Assembly: GCA_029555085.1 (NCBI GenBank)
Contig: JAKPTO010000005.1
Span: 1 to 16,699, forward strand
Reading direction: 5' to 3'
Length of the DNA: 16,699 nt
DNA from: a bacterium
GTDB taxonomy: Bacteria > Patescibacteriota > Patescibacteriia > UBA1558 > S5-K13
Program-made: the position numbers and the translations under genes
The notes under the pieces: model-generated
Databases searched by the model: none
The model's input: the letters and a program-made list of their open reading frames with translations, nothing else
Told to the model about the DNA's origin: nothing
Part shown: positions 16,648 through 16,699 of the stretch, piece after piece
How the letters are laid out: the number at the start of each line of letters is the position of its first letter
Position numbering within the stretch: the stretch's first letter is position 1

Positions 16648-16699
16648 GATTCTATCACAAAAATAAGGATTTGTTGGAGCCTTTATCAAAATAACATAC
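16636..16699 (+). CDS. Partial CDS at the window edge, possibly a transposase/integrase N-terminus
   Basis: MSQYDSITKIRICWSLYQNNI..., open to the edge and preceded by an extended -10. It resembles, from memory only, the pre-HTH helix of IS481-like rve integrases. Confidence 0.45.
   Translation, partial: MSQYDSITKIRICWSLYQNNI

Noticed and set aside
1-16699. CRISPR array, tRNA/rRNA, or TGA recoding (code 25)
   Set aside because: No regularly spaced repeats or RNA-gene signatures were seen, and all long genes are intact under code 11 with no in-frame TGA.

Overview
AT-rich bacterial window (about 28% GC in a hand-counted sample line) with 14 complete CDS and one CDS cut by the right edge. All 14 end in TAA and have no in-frame TGA, so code 11 fits. 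A Patescibacteria/CPR (Parcubacteria-like) origin is inferred from the gene content (TrmB regulator, lone PilB/GspE ATPase, EamA plus GH-A hydrolase, glycolysis genes) and the mostly SD-less starts. Left to right: a GC-rich, probably foreign, secreted beta-strand protein divergent from a TrmB regulator; a polytopic membrane protein; a PilB/GspE ATPase; a 742-aa membrane-anchored protein with an OmpA-like motif; a cluster of GT-B glycosyltransferase, OLD nuclease, EamA and glycoside hydrolase, with a structured leader before EamA; a convergent minus-strand operon (eno, gpmI, CNNM/CBS, DUF4405-like, HTH+sigma2-like); and the probable left end of an IS. The best candidates for new biology are the protein with an HTH placed before an ECF-like sigma2 domain and no sigma4, the OLD nuclease 2 bp behind a glycosyltransferase, the switch-like RNA leader before EamA, and the OmpA-like and beta-barrel-like surface proteins. 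All family calls come from reading motifs by eye, not from database searches.
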